From Histomonas meleagridis 2922-C6/04-290x (Eukaryota; Protista; Parabasalia), in the NCBI GenBank assembly GCA_020184695.1, contig JAANOX010000033.1:62001-126000 (forward strand): DNA of 64,000 bases. Direction: 5' to 3'. Each line of letters starts with the position of its first letter. The first letter of the stretch is position 1. Shown piece after piece: positions 34,901 to 46,421 of the stretch. The notes beneath the pieces were generated by a model, which saw only the letters and a list, made by a program, of their open reading frames with translations, searched no databases and was not told the origin of the DNA. The translations under genes were made by a program, and so were the position numbers.

Positions 34901-35200
34901 TCTGCTAAGAAAGGAGTTAAAAATACAGCCACAAAGACATCAATTGAAGGGGAACGTTCACATCCAAAAACAAGATCAAGGACTTCAATTTCCAGTTGTT
35001 TATATTGTTTTCTTCGAGAATGTCGTTCTGTTGATTTGGGTTGAGCACCAGTATTTATGACAGCGGTTCTTGAATATGTTACTGTAGAAGTATTCGAACT
35101 TGTAGGGAATGCAGCACGAGATAAGTATAAGACACGAATTTCACTACTTCATATCATGCTTTCAATTTATTATGATGAGTAATTAGCAACTTCTTGAATA
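34901..35200 (+). pseudogene. H2A: Histone H2A pseudogene, divergent from H2B
   Basis: GLQFPV (34980), frameshift, LREC...[33 protein letters not shown]...YDE*L; stops at 35042 and 35180; no ATG. Confidence 0.9.
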
Positions 35201-35568
35201 TTTAACTAATTTTTAGTCAGGTGTTTTTTCACATATTCACAAATTTCTTCATGTTCAAAGGAAGAAGAATGAAGAATATGTTTTTCTTTTTTCTATAATT
35301 AAAATTATTCTAAACATTTATTGCTATTTTTGATTTAAAAATTATTTCAATTTCCTGAGTTTGATATATATACTAATAGTTTCTTCTTTAATGTATGCTA
35401 CTCAGATTATTTTTAGAAGATTTCCCAAAATCACCTCAAACAAGCTGAAACAGGTTGCATCACTCAAAAATCGGTTTCTGTTTTTAAACCAACATCATAA
35501 ACCGTTTATATTGAACTCATTTTTAACGTCGCCTTCAATTTTTGAGGGTAACCCAAAAAAAAATTCAA

Positions 35569-36681
35569 ATGGGCTGCAATACCTCAACCGCACGTGCTAC
35601 TGAGCAAAGTAACAAACTACCAAGTTGTCCAAAGCCATCTGTGGTTAAAAATACTCTAGTTGAACCAGTGTCGGAAAAAACAGATTTTATTTCAATCCTC
35701 TTTGATCAATTTGACAAATTTGATATTAAAATATTAACACTGGGCTCAGGTGAATGCGGTAAATCCACCATTTGGCGTCAACTCAAGTTAGTATATGGAA
35801 ATGGCTTTAGTACCGATGAAAAGAATGCAATGATAAGCGTGATAAAAATCAACTTGATTGCAGACTTCCAATTATTGGTTAAAACCATCAAATCAAATGG
35901 TGGTATAGCATCATATAATTTTTCTAACACTTTTGACATGATATTAGAACTTCAATTAAATGAAGATGAACTCATCCCAGACGTAGCTCATGAAATGAAG
36001 CAACTTTGGGAAAACGTATCTGCTAAAGAAATTTATGAAGAATCTAACTCAATAGGTTTTGGAGATTATACATCTTATTTCTTTGACAAAGTTGAAACAA
36101 TTGCTGATCCAAACTATACTCCAACAGATGAAGATCTTCTTAAGAGTCGTATTCGTACCACTGGTATCAGTTCTATTCAATTTCTCATCAATGATATCAA
36201 AACAGAACTTTTTGATGTTGGTGGTCAACTTAGCGAACGACCAAAATGGAAGCGCTGCTATCAAAATGTTAATTTTCTTCTCTTTGTTATTTCTCTTTCT
36301 GATTTTGATCAAAATATGTTTGAAGATGAATCAAATTCTCGAACCAAAGACTCATTAAACTTATTTAGCTCCATTGCGAACTCTCAGATATTCATGGATA
36401 CGCCCATTTTCCTTGTTATGAACAAAGTTGATTTGTTCAAACAAAAACTTAAAAACCATCCAGAGGCGTTCAAAAGTGCTTACGACTTTGATGGCGAATG
36501 TGATAACGTTGATGTATGTCTTGAGTACGTTAAGAGGTCATACTTGAACATGTTGTCAAATGATAGAACAGAAAATGCTTTCGTAATGCCAATACCAACT
36601 TGCGCTATGGAGGCGGAAAGCATTCGTTCACTTTTCCAGCAAATAGGGAAAAAGATTATTGAGACAAAAGGAAATGAGTAA
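35569..36681 (+). CDS. Heterotrimeric G-protein alpha subunit
   Basis: Start MGCNTS at 35569 (acylation signal); GSGECGKST, RIRTTG, DVGGQ, NKVDLF, TCA. Confidence 0.97.
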   Translation: MGCNTSTARATEQSNKLPSCPKPSVVKNTLVEPVSEKTDFISILFDQFDKFDIKILTLGSGECGKSTIWRQLKLVYGNGFSTDEKNAMISVIKINLIADFQLLVKTIKSNGGIASYNFSNTFDMILELQLNEDELIPDVAHEMKQLWENVSAKEIYEESNSIGFGDYTSYFFDKVETIADPNYTPTDEDLLKSRIRTTGISSIQFLINDIKTELFDVGGQLSERPKWKRCYQNVNFLLFVISLSDFDQNMFEDESNSRTKDSLNLFSSIANSQIFMDTPIFLVMNKVDLFKQKLKNHPEAFKSAYDFDGECDNVDVCLEYVKRSYLNMLSNDRTENAFVMPIPTCAMEAESIRSLFQQIGKKIIETKGNE

Positions 36682-37609
36682 AGGTTTTCTTTGGATTTAA
36701 AAAAAAAATAAATTTGAAATTTTGTAAATTTTCATTAATGTGTAAAGATATTGTATTCACATTATGTTTTCTTATTTTATTGTTGAAAGTTTGTAATGAA
36801 ATGTTTTGTTTTGATTTTTTGTGGAGAAATCACTAAAGTATATTATATTATATTTAACATGCAGCAAAAATCATAAATTTTTTTATCATGAAACCAATCT
36901 ATTCTTTATGTTAATAGATATAAATGTGTAATAGGCTTTTATACCAGTTAATTTTTTAAATAATAGAAAGTGATATTAAAAAAAATGCAAAATAAAATTA
37001 TTTTCGATGATCAATATCATGTTTTTATCAGGAAATACAAATGTTTAGCAATAAAACATTTAAATGTCTTTAATTATATCAAAAAATATTGCCTTCTAAA
37101 AGCTACAAAATAACAATAATTTGTTCATTATTTTGAATAGATAATATGTAACTATTCCTCATTTTTTGAAAATCATTATATTAAATGCTTCAATATTTTT
37201 AGTTAACATAACTTACAATAAAAGAAAACATAAAAAAAATTTAGGGTATGAATTAGGTGTAATAATTAAAATACTTAGTGAGAAGGTTTGTTGTCTTTCT
37301 GTATGACAAGAATGCGCTTCGGCCAGTCGATGCCCAATTACGAAAATATCTAATAACGACTCAGTGCGAACCCAGTATTAAAAAAAAAATCGATTTTTTC
37401 TTTCTTGGTTTGTTTTCAATAAGTATTTGGTCATTATTGTAAGGAAATGTAAAATATAAAGCAGTCATGATTTCAATGACGATACATGTAAAAAATAAAT
37501 TATAGAAATGAAAACTGTAATTTCTTTTCAAAAAGTGGAAATCAACTTTTTCGTAGCAACTTTTTGATAACAAACACACATCTAATTAAACGGTTTCTTT
37601 TTTTATTGA

Positions 37610-38656
37610 ATGGAAGAACAGGCGCCTGTAATAAAATATTCGTTTCCTGATTCTACCACATATATAGATCCATTCAAACCAAGGCGTTTCAGTAATTATA
37701 AGGTAACAAATTCAGTTTCTATATTCCCACCAGTTAAGCATCATTCAAAAAGAAGTCCTCCATATGTTCAACATATACTCCGTGCGTCATCACAAATATC
37801 AGCCATAAAATTTTTCCCAGTTAATGATGCTTTTGTACTTGGAACTTTTAATTCAATTTTTATACTATCCCCACCCCAAGTTGAAATATCGATAGACTTC
37901 CCAAAAGAATATCCTTCACTCATAGAATGCATTGATGTGCATCCTTCCGAAGTATTTATTGCCTGTGATGGTTCAGCTAATCTTGTTAACATTATTTCAT
38001 TACCAAGTGGGGAAATCGTAGCATCTTTAAATAGACACACACAACATGTTTCATCTTTATTCTTTGCACCTACATTTAACAAGATAATATCTACATCTTT
38101 TGATGGATCACTAATTATCTCAGATTTTGTTAAGCAAGAAGTTTGCTATAAATATGAAAAATATTTAAACACTAGGCCAATTTCTACTGCCGCTATTCGA
38201 GACGATGAATCGGTCATTATTGTTGGATTTGATGATGGAATCATCGGAATTTTTGACGACCGTGAAGAGAACGGTATGATCCAGCTGAATGCCCACCACA
38301 GCTGGATCAACTCTATTGGCATTTCGAGCAAAAAGTCGGATAATGCGTGTTATTTTGCATCATGTTCAACCAATAAAGATTTGAAAGTTTGGGACATACG
38401 GAACTTGGAAGAGCCGATAATTGATGAACAGAGCTCACAAGATTGCAATTTTTGTAAAATAATGTTTGCTGATGACCAATCATTATTTGCAATGGCAGTC
38501 AATGGAACTATTTCACGTTGGAACTATGCTGAAAAGTCCTTAGTAAGCATGTACGACCTCCAAATAAAATCAGTTTCAAAGTGCGATTTGCAAAAAAATT
38601 ACCGTAGAATTAACTTTTCGGGCGATACCAAAATTTTGTCTTCATTGTATTATTGA
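37610..38656 (+). CDS. WD40-repeat protein
   Basis: HTQHVSSLFF...STSFDG, AHHSWINSI...ASCSTNKDLKVWDIR. Confidence 0.9.
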   Translation: MEEQAPVIKYSFPDSTTYIDPFKPRRFSNYKVTNSVSIFPPVKHHSKRSPPYVQHILRASSQISAIKFFPVNDAFVLGTFNSIFILSPPQVEISIDFPKEYPSLIECIDVHPSEVFIACDGSANLVNIISLPSGEIVASLNRHTQHVSSLFFAPTFNKIISTSFDGSLIISDFVKQEVCYKYEKYLNTRPISTAAIRDDESVIIVGFDDGIIGIFDDREENGMIQLNAHHSWINSIGISSKKSDNACYFASCSTNKDLKVWDIRNLEEPIIDEQSSQDCNFCKIMFADDQSLFAMAVNGTISRWNYAEKSLVSMYDLQIKSVSKCDLQKNYRRINFSGDTKILSSLYY

Positions 38657-39522
38657 TTTTGTGTAAATACACTTTATGATTATATATATTTTTAAAAAAA
38701 TGCATTGCTAATTTAAATGTTTCGACAACCTGCGCAGCATGTGTTACATGGGGTGTTTGAGTTAGAAAATGTCATAACAATGAGCAGCATTAAAATGATT
38801 TACTCATCATTTTTGAAAAAAAAAAAAAATCGCAACAAATTATGTATATTTTTTTCCTAATTTTCTATATACATTTCACTATTATTACAAAACGTATTAA
38901 AATCTTTATTCTATACATTATGCATTATGCCTTATGAAAAAAGTATTGGAGACATTCCTCTTGTCAAACTATTTCAACTAACATTCCAATTTCGGTATTG
39001 TAAATTTTACCTTAAAAGTGTCTATTTTTTTGCTGATGGAAACAAATTTTCGATCAGGAAAAATGATTCTAAATCACTTACCAGTGAAATTAATTATTGC
39101 TTAACATTTCCATATATTTAATATTTTCAATTTATTAGTTTTGCTTTAATAAGTAGAAAGACAGATTTCTTCTCGAAGTCATATATGGCAGAATTGTCTA
39201 GAATATCAATTAAATAAGATTCAAATAATTAATATTTAAAACCATTTTGTTTTCAATTTATTCATCATATTAAATCATTATATTTGCTAATCAAAACCAC
39301 ATAAAGAAAATGTTATATCATATTATAACAGGCAATCGTATTTTTCAATGCAATTACACATTATTATTGTAAAAAAATAATTTATATCGTTGATTTATTA
39401 TATCTTTTCATTAATTCAGTTCCATCTTCTTTACGATTTATTTTATCGAGCAATTCAATTCATTTGAATCAAATTGAATTAATAATCAGTTTGTATCATT
39501 TCCTAAAAAGTGTCATTTCGAA

Positions 39523-42360
39523 ATGACAGAATTCACATACCAAAGAGTTGTCAACTTAAGGAAACAAATTGCCGATTACTCTGCGAAATATCAAAGCCTT
39601 TATCAGACATCTCAAGAGCTTGCGGCACAGATTCGACAACTTGATCAAAATCGTTCACAAGTGTATCCAACTTATCAAGCAATTTTCACAAGAAATAGTA
39701 ATCTTGAAGAGTGGCAGAAACAAGTTCAAAACATACAAAAAATGATTATAGCAACAGCTCAACAACAACAGCCACTTAAAGAATTAATCGAAATCCAATA
39801 TCTAAATGATCAATATGGAGAAATCACAGCTGCTAACATCGATAGGAGACTTATAGATGCATCTGGTTTACTTGCTCAGTATGATAATGAAGCAAACAAT
39901 CTTCAAACGCAAAGAGAAAATATCTTAAATTCATGTCGACAATTACAAAATGAAATTTCTGCCATCAAGCAAGATATGTTACCAATCAAGACACAAACGG
40001 AAGTAGATACCAAACGAACCAGAGAGAACAATCATAAGCTCAAAAAGCAAATTACCGAATCTCGAATACAAAAATATCGAAAGTTAATCAACTTCAAAAC
40101 CGGCCATTTAGAAGGTAGTAATAAAACCATTGAGTCAGAATCCTTATATGCGATATCAAAGCAAAAATATATTTCGCAAAAGAATGCTATTACTGCGCTT
40201 AACTATTCATACAGTCTTTTTAACCCAGTAGGACAATCCACAGACCTTCAAAAAGACCATTCAGATGAAATTACGAATATGATAGATAAGATCAAATCCA
40301 CATTACCATTACCACCAGACCACAAAAACATCTACAAAGAGTCCACAGAGCTTACCAATGTCTATCTTAACGATCGAGACAAACTTATTGATCAAATTGA
40401 TCATCTCATGAAAGGACTTGATCAAATCAAAGTCATTGAGAACAAAGCATTAGCGCACATTGACACATATCAAACGCAGTATGAGATCAATAGTTTTGAG
40501 CAAAAGAAGCTTAAAGAAGAATGTAAACAAATTCACCAACAAAATGATATTCTTCAAGAAGAAATCGAAAACAAGAACAAAATCATTGCAGAGCAACAAA
40601 AGTATATCAAACAAATTGAAGAAGAGAACAAACGTATGGAGAATTATAGTTCCATTGATAAACAAACCATTCAAGATCATAAGCTTAAACTGAATGAATT
40701 ACGTGAACAACAAAAGCAATCACAAGAAAACTATCAACGTTCCAACACATTATTACAAACGAAATCGAATGAATTACTTGAAAAGTTTTCGCAATTCAAG
40801 ACGTTATTAGGGCAAAATGAATTTGCAGGAACATTTGATAAGTTATATAATGGAATGCGGAATAAGATCAATGAAATCATGTCGCAAATGGTTCAACGTG
40901 AGAAAGAATGTCAACAATCACAAAAGATTCTCGAGTATCAATTATCATATGCACATCATTTAATGTCGAAAGGTAATTTAAGTCCACAAAATCGTATTAC
41001 TAATTTAGAGTTTATTAATTATATTAATCCGGACTCATTAACAGTGACGAAACTTACACCAGGAGAAATCTTAATTATCGAAACAGCTGCGCCACATTTT
41101 GCATGTAATTCATTATTTTATCCAGAGAATGTTGATGATGTATATCCATTTACATTATTCACTGCATTAATATATCGGAAAGAAGAGAACAATTTCTTAA
41201 TGCATTTCTCGACATTAGAAAAGTTTGTATTAACAGCAATCCAAAAGTTTAATAGTAAAGAGAAACTTGTAATTAAACCAGAGAGTGAATCGATTAAAGA
41301 GAAGTTAATCTTTGGAGAATATCCATTAAATAAAGTTAAACCGGAAGCACAAACAATTGATTTAATCTTCGAACGAACATTAAGTTATTTACGTGCGATT
41401 ATGATCTTATCACCGAAGATGATTCAAGATGATAATATTAAATCAGATGTAAGTAATTTAATCAAACAAATTAATAATACACGTCCATCCGATTTATCAC
41501 AAGAAATATTAAATGCTTATGAACCAACACAACAATATGAACGATCGAACAATAAAACAATTTTACGAAAACGAGCGACAGGTAAACAATCAGAACTAAA
41601 TCAAGGCCGTCTATTTGAGCAACCACCATATACAGAACGAACTATTAACTTCCGACCGAAAGAAGTTGTTAATAATAAGGACTTAACTTTGATATATAAC
41701 TTAACGATTAGTGACAATGATTTTTGTGCGCATTTTAATTATTATCATTTTATCTTATATCGAGAAATTACAATTGAAGATTTGATATCATTCTTTAATG
41801 TTAATATGAGGACTACAAAGCCACCAAAGTCGATCAATGATTTCTTTAATGAACAAAAGAGAATTAAAACTATAATCAAACATCAATTAAATGGTAATAA
41901 TCCAAAAGCTTTCGACGCGTTTAGTCGTTGGTTAAATATTGCCGAAAAAGCACTTGAAACGTCGAACTTTTTCTTGTTTTCATCTATTTTAGAAGGCTCA
42001 AATGAAAGTAAAATATCCGAAATATTAAACACAAATGATAACGTTAATAATAAAATGAAAGAAATCGCAAACGAAAAGTATAGTAACTTAAAGAGTATTA
42101 ACGGAGACTTAAGTCAAATGAGACAATTATACGCCGACGCAAATACTTCGTATAAAATTCCGGATATTTCGCAGGCGTTGTTCATTAAGAAGATATTAAA
42201 TAACGAGGAACTGAAGGAAAACTCAGAGCTGATACAAATGAAATCAATTAGAGACGTAGCAATAGAAGCGCAGTTCTTCTTAATGGGGCAAAATTCGCCA
42301 GCGCCATCGTTCGAAATATGCAAAGAATTATATAAGGAAATAGTGAACTTGAAGCCCTAA
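39523..42360 (+). CDS. Coiled-coil protein with C-terminal RasGEF (CDC25)-like domain
   Basis: About 480-aa Q/E/K coiled coil; FCAHFNYYHFILYREITIEDL and RWLNIAEKALETSNFFLFSSILEG resemble CDC25 helices. Confidence 0.6.
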   Translation: MTEFTYQRVVNLRKQIADYSAKYQSLYQTSQELAAQIRQLDQNRSQVYPTYQAIFTRNSNLEEWQKQVQNIQKMIIATAQQQQPLKELIEIQYLNDQYGEITAANIDRRLIDASGLLAQYDNEANNLQTQRENILNSCRQLQNEISAIKQDMLPIKTQTEVDTKRTRENNHKLKKQITESRIQKYRKLINFKTGHLEGSNKTIESESLYAISKQKYISQKNAITALNYSYSLFNPVGQSTDLQKDHSDEITNMIDKIKSTLPLPPDHKNIYKESTELTNVYLNDRDKLIDQIDHLMKGLDQIKVIENKALAHIDTYQTQYEINSFEQKKLKEECKQIHQQNDILQEEIENKNKIIAEQQKYIKQIEEENKRMENYSSIDKQTIQDHKLKLNELREQQKQSQENYQRSNTLLQTKSNELLEKFSQFKTLLGQNEFAGTFDKLYNGMRNKINEIMSQMVQREKECQQSQKILEYQLSYAHHLMSKGNLSPQNRITNLEFINYINPDSLTVTKLTPGEILIIETAAPHFACNSLFYPENVDDVYPFTLFTALIYRKEENNFLMHFSTLEKFVLTAIQKFNSKEKLVIKPESESIKEKLIFGEYPLNKVKPEAQTIDLIFERTLSYLRAIMILSPKMIQDDNIKSDVSNLIKQINNTRPSDLSQEILNAYEPTQQYERSNNKTILRKRATGKQSELNQGRLFEQPPYTERTINFRPKEVVNNKDLTLIYNLTISDNDFCAHFNYYHFILYREITIEDLISFFNVNMRTTKPPKSINDFFNEQKRIKTIIKHQLNGNNPKAFDAFSRWLNIAEKALETSNFFLFSSILEGSNESKISEILNTNDNVNNKMKEIANEKYSNLKSINGDLSQMRQLYADANTSYKIPDISQALFIKKILNNEELKENSELIQMKSIRDVAIEAQFFLMGQNSPAPSFEICKELYKEIVNLKP

Positions 42361-42743
42361 AATAAGTAAAAAGTCAAATGGAAATAACTTTTGTCGAATA
42401 TGAAAATGTGTAAACACTTTCGTTCGTTATGAGTGAATACAGATTTCACTGAAGGATTTGGAGCGAAAAAAACAAAAAACATTCGAAAAAATGGTAATTT
42501 CTGAAGTTTACGTTTGACGGGAAAAAGTGCATCAGCTTAATGAATATATGGTGAGAAATTAATGTTGTAAAAAATGACTGCCTCTCATATTTTATTCATT
42601 GAAATGCTGTAGATGGAAATAATATTTATAGGGAAGCGATAATGTTTGTCATAAATGTGAAGTTTGATTCAAAGAGTTGGTGAATATCAATGAATTAATA
42701 TAGAAAATAAATAGAAAAAGAAAAAAAGAAGAAAGTCGTGCGT

Positions 42744-45487
42744 TTATGCAAATGCACAGAAATGACTGTTCTTTGTATTTCCATTTTTAAGTAAATAAAC
42801 TGTTTCTTTGTTGTTTTGTTTAGATGCTATAGTAATTGCTGTTCCAAATGTATTGAATAATTTCCATATGTTGTTTATAAATATCAAATTATTAAATCAA
42901 ATATTATATAATATAAAAAAAGGTTTTGAATATTGACGTCTGTTTTATTATTTTCAAGAAGCAATTTAATTATTTCTGTATTATTTCTTTCAGATGCTTT
43001 CATAAGTGCTGTAAAATATAATTTGAATGATTTCCAAATAATGTTTTAAAATTTTAATATAATATAATGAATTTCAAAGAAAATAAATAAATATTTCGAA
43101 CATTAACATCAATTTTTCCATGTCCAAGAAGTAACTTAACTATTTCTATAAAACCAAATCGAGAAGCTTTGAAAAGCGCTGTTTCAAATAGATTAAATGA
43201 TTTCCAAATATTATTTTGAAATAATAAATTTGTAAAATAAATTTTAAACAAAATAAATAAATATCTTTTGCGTTAACATCAATTTTATTTTGTTCAATTA
43301 GTAAATTAACTACTGCAGTATGACCTTTTTCAGTTGCTTTAATTAGTGCTGTTGAAAATGTTTTATATGAATTTGAAATATTAATTTTAGATATTAAATT
43401 ATTAAATTAAATATTAAATAAAACTAATAAATATCTTTTTCATTAATATTAAATTTATTTTGCTCAAGAAGTAATTTAACTACATCCACATATCCATAAA
43501 AGGAAGCAAGCATAAGTTCTGTATTAAATATTTTGAGAAAATTCCAAATTTTTTTTGAGAATATTAAATCAATAAAGAAAATACTAAACAAAATAAATAA
43601 ATATCTTTTACATTGACTTCAATTCCTTTTTGTTCAAGAAGCAATTTAACTATATCTACATGACCATGAGAAGAAGCCATCATTAAAGCTGTCCAAAATT
43701 ATTTAAATAATTTCCAAATGCTTTATTAAAATCCAATATTAATATAATAAATTTTAAAAGAAACAAACAAATATCTTTAGCATTAATATCAATACCTTTT
43801 TGTTCAAGAAGCAATTTAACTATATCTGTACATCCATTTTCAGCTGCAACCATAAGTGTTGTCCAAAATATTTTAAACCAACTTCAAATATTATTTTGAA
43901 ACATAAAATAATTAAAACATATTTCAAATAAAATTAATGAAAATTTTTAGCATTAATATCAATTCCTTTTTGTTCAAGGAGTAATTGGATCACACCAACG
44001 TTATCTTTAAAAGCTGAATTTATAAGTGCTGTATATAATAATTTGAATAAATTCCAAATATTCTTTTAAAATAAAAAGTTATTAAAACAAATTTTAAGTA
44101 AAATTAAAAAATATTTTTAACATTAACATCAACTCCCATTTCCAAAAGTAATTTAACTATATCACAATTACCATTTTCTGCTGAAATTATAAGTATTGTA
44201 TTAAATAACACAAATAATTTCCAAATACTCTTAAAAAATATTAAATATTATAGTCAAATTCTGAATAAAACATATAAATATCAACTTCATCAATGTTAAC
44301 TTGTTCTTGTTCAAGAAGTAATACCACTAATTCTAATCTTCCTTTAGCAAATGCATGAATAAGAGGTGTTTGAAGCAATGAAAACAATTTCCAAATATTA
44401 ATTTAAAACATCAATTTATTTAAATAAAATTTGAATGAAATATATAATCATCTTTATTGTTAAAATTAACTTTAATTCCTATTTCTTCAAGTAAAAATTT
44501 ACATAGTGAAAAATTAATATATTCTTTTGTTGGAAACAAAAACAAATTAATGAGTTGAAAATGAAAAATATCAGAAATTTTGTTTTCATAAATATATTTA
44601 AAGATATCATTTCGATAATATTCAATAGCAACTTCATATGCATTTTTAAATGATGAATGATTTTGTTCACATAAATGAAATATCTCTAAATTTCCACCTG
44701 AAACTGCATATTTACCTGTATTTTCTGATTTAGCTCCATTCATAAGTAAATATTTAAAACATTTGACTGATGAAAAAAATGCTGCATAATCAATTAATGT
44801 AACAACATTTTTCTTATTAACAAATGAATATCTTTCATAAAGTGATGGTTCGATTGCTTGATTAAAATTAAAATTTTGTTGTGATGATATTTCTTGAAGT
44901 TTTTCTATTTCATCATTTCGAATTATTTTCGCAATTTCATTCGGATTTACTCCTTCTTTAATTAATTTCTTATGAAGTTCCCAATCATTCTTTTGTAGTT
45001 CTTTTATATTACTTGAGAAATTTCTTGAAAATGGAATATCTCTATCATTTAACATTTTATCTAAAAATTCTTTGGTTGAATAATGTGCGAAATAAAAAGT
45101 TTCTTTATACATAACCAAATCTGACGATATTAGACCTAAATTAATCATTCTATCAAGAAGAAAATAAGACTCTTGTGAATCTAATTTTAAAAGGAAATTT
45201 GCAAATGATTTTATTAATTTATAATTATTTCCTCCAATTTCTTTTTCGATTTTATTCATGTAATTAAAATAAATATTATAGTCTTTCATTTGTGAAATAA
45301 ATGATGAATAAATCATTCTAATAAATGCAAGGCTTGAACAAAGTGAAAAATTATCTTTAATGATATTCATTGTATTTTCAAAAGATATATCAATATTATC
45401 ATCATTCAAGTTAAAAATAATTTCTTCGAGAGACTCTAATGCTTGTTTGTATTTGCTTAATAAATCAGGTTTTTTGCTTTCTTCCAT
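42744..45487 (-). CDS. DUF3447-type/ankyrin-repeat gene A: continuous N-terminal ORF plus 10 ankyrin blocks each preceded by an 80-nt spacer
   Basis: ATG 45487 to K-D at 44450. Thr (ACA) codons opening each ankyrin block at 44369, 44199, 44032, 43862, 43692, 43522, 43352, 43182, 43012, 42842; TAA at 42746-42744. No stops inside the blocks. Continuous translation requires spacer removal (inferred). Confidence 0.75.
42843..44449 (-). repeat. Ten 80-nt AT-rich spacers alternating with 87-90-nt ankyrin blocks (170-nt period)
   Basis: Spacers: 44449-44370, 44279-44200, 44112-44033, 43942-43863, 43772-43693, 43602-43523, 43432-43353, 43262-43183, 43092-43013, 42922-42843; each exactly 80 nt. Confidence 0.95.
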
Positions 45488-45541
45488 TTTGCGATAATTT
45501 TTTTGGGCTATATTCAAAAATTACGGTTTGTAGATAATTTA

Positions 45542-45599
45542 TATTCAATTAAAAATGGGCAAAAAATAATTCAACTTGATTAAGCTGTGGTGTTTAATG
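45542..45599 (+). repeat. Direct repeat copy 1 (58 bp); copy 2 at 48902-48960
   Basis: TATTCAATTAAAAATGGGCAAAAAATAATTCAACTTGATTAAGCTGTGGTGTTTAATG; differs from copy 2 by 4 substitutions and 1 indel. Confidence 0.9.
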
Positions 45600-46421
45600 C
45601 AAAAAAACTAACATTAATACATTTCAAACAGATCAATGAATTCAACTAAAAACAAGTGATATATGGTTTATTAATATTATCGAGTTATATAAAAATTCCA
45701 TTCTGAAAGTTTCTCTTTTACTAGTCGAAATCCTTCATTTCACCAAATTTTCATTTAATTACTTATCAAAAATACATCATATAATAAAAGAATATATTGT
45801 TATGAGATCATTTATGTAAATATTTCTTGAATATTCCTTTTAAACATTAAGATATGATTTATCTCATCTTCCTTTTCATGTTTATTCAAAAAGTGAATTT
45901 TGATTTCTACAGCGGTTACTTAGTGACAATTTCTTTCTTTCATCAAGCTTTATACAATAAGGCAACTCATTTTGAGAATTCAAAAAATTATCCATGTTGG
46001 GTAAAATCGTATATCCAAGTATACAATCAGATTACACTTGCTGAATTAAAAAATATAAAAAAATATTGTTCACGTTTTAATATTTAAATGTAACATTCAA
46101 AATGTACTTATTATAGTTTGCCCTTGAGCTCACAAGTGACGCAAAAATCGTGTCATAGTGAAACAAACTAAGTCAAAATACCCATCCATTTTTTGACTTC
46201 TTAAATGGCCACATATTGATTATTGCCATTTTGAGCCTCAAATATTTGTATTTATTAAATTGTAAATCCTGTTATTCAAAAATTCACAACTTTATTGTCA
46301 TTCAAAAATTTGGCTCTTTCTTCGTGGGTTCCCAAAATATGTAAAGCTTTACAAAAGTCGAATTTATAACAAATCTAAAAATGTTCAAAAAGTTCTAATT
46401 TTTTCTCCCATTTTTTCCTTA

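Noticed and set aside
37300-37380. GC-richer patch containing GGTTCG on the minus strand, possible tRNA or snoRNA
   Set aside because: No cloverleaf and no paired C/D boxes could be built. No tRNA or rRNA gene was recognised anywhere in the window.
45854-46087. 77-aa ORF between the ankyrin genes
   Set aside because: AT-driven composition with no motif.
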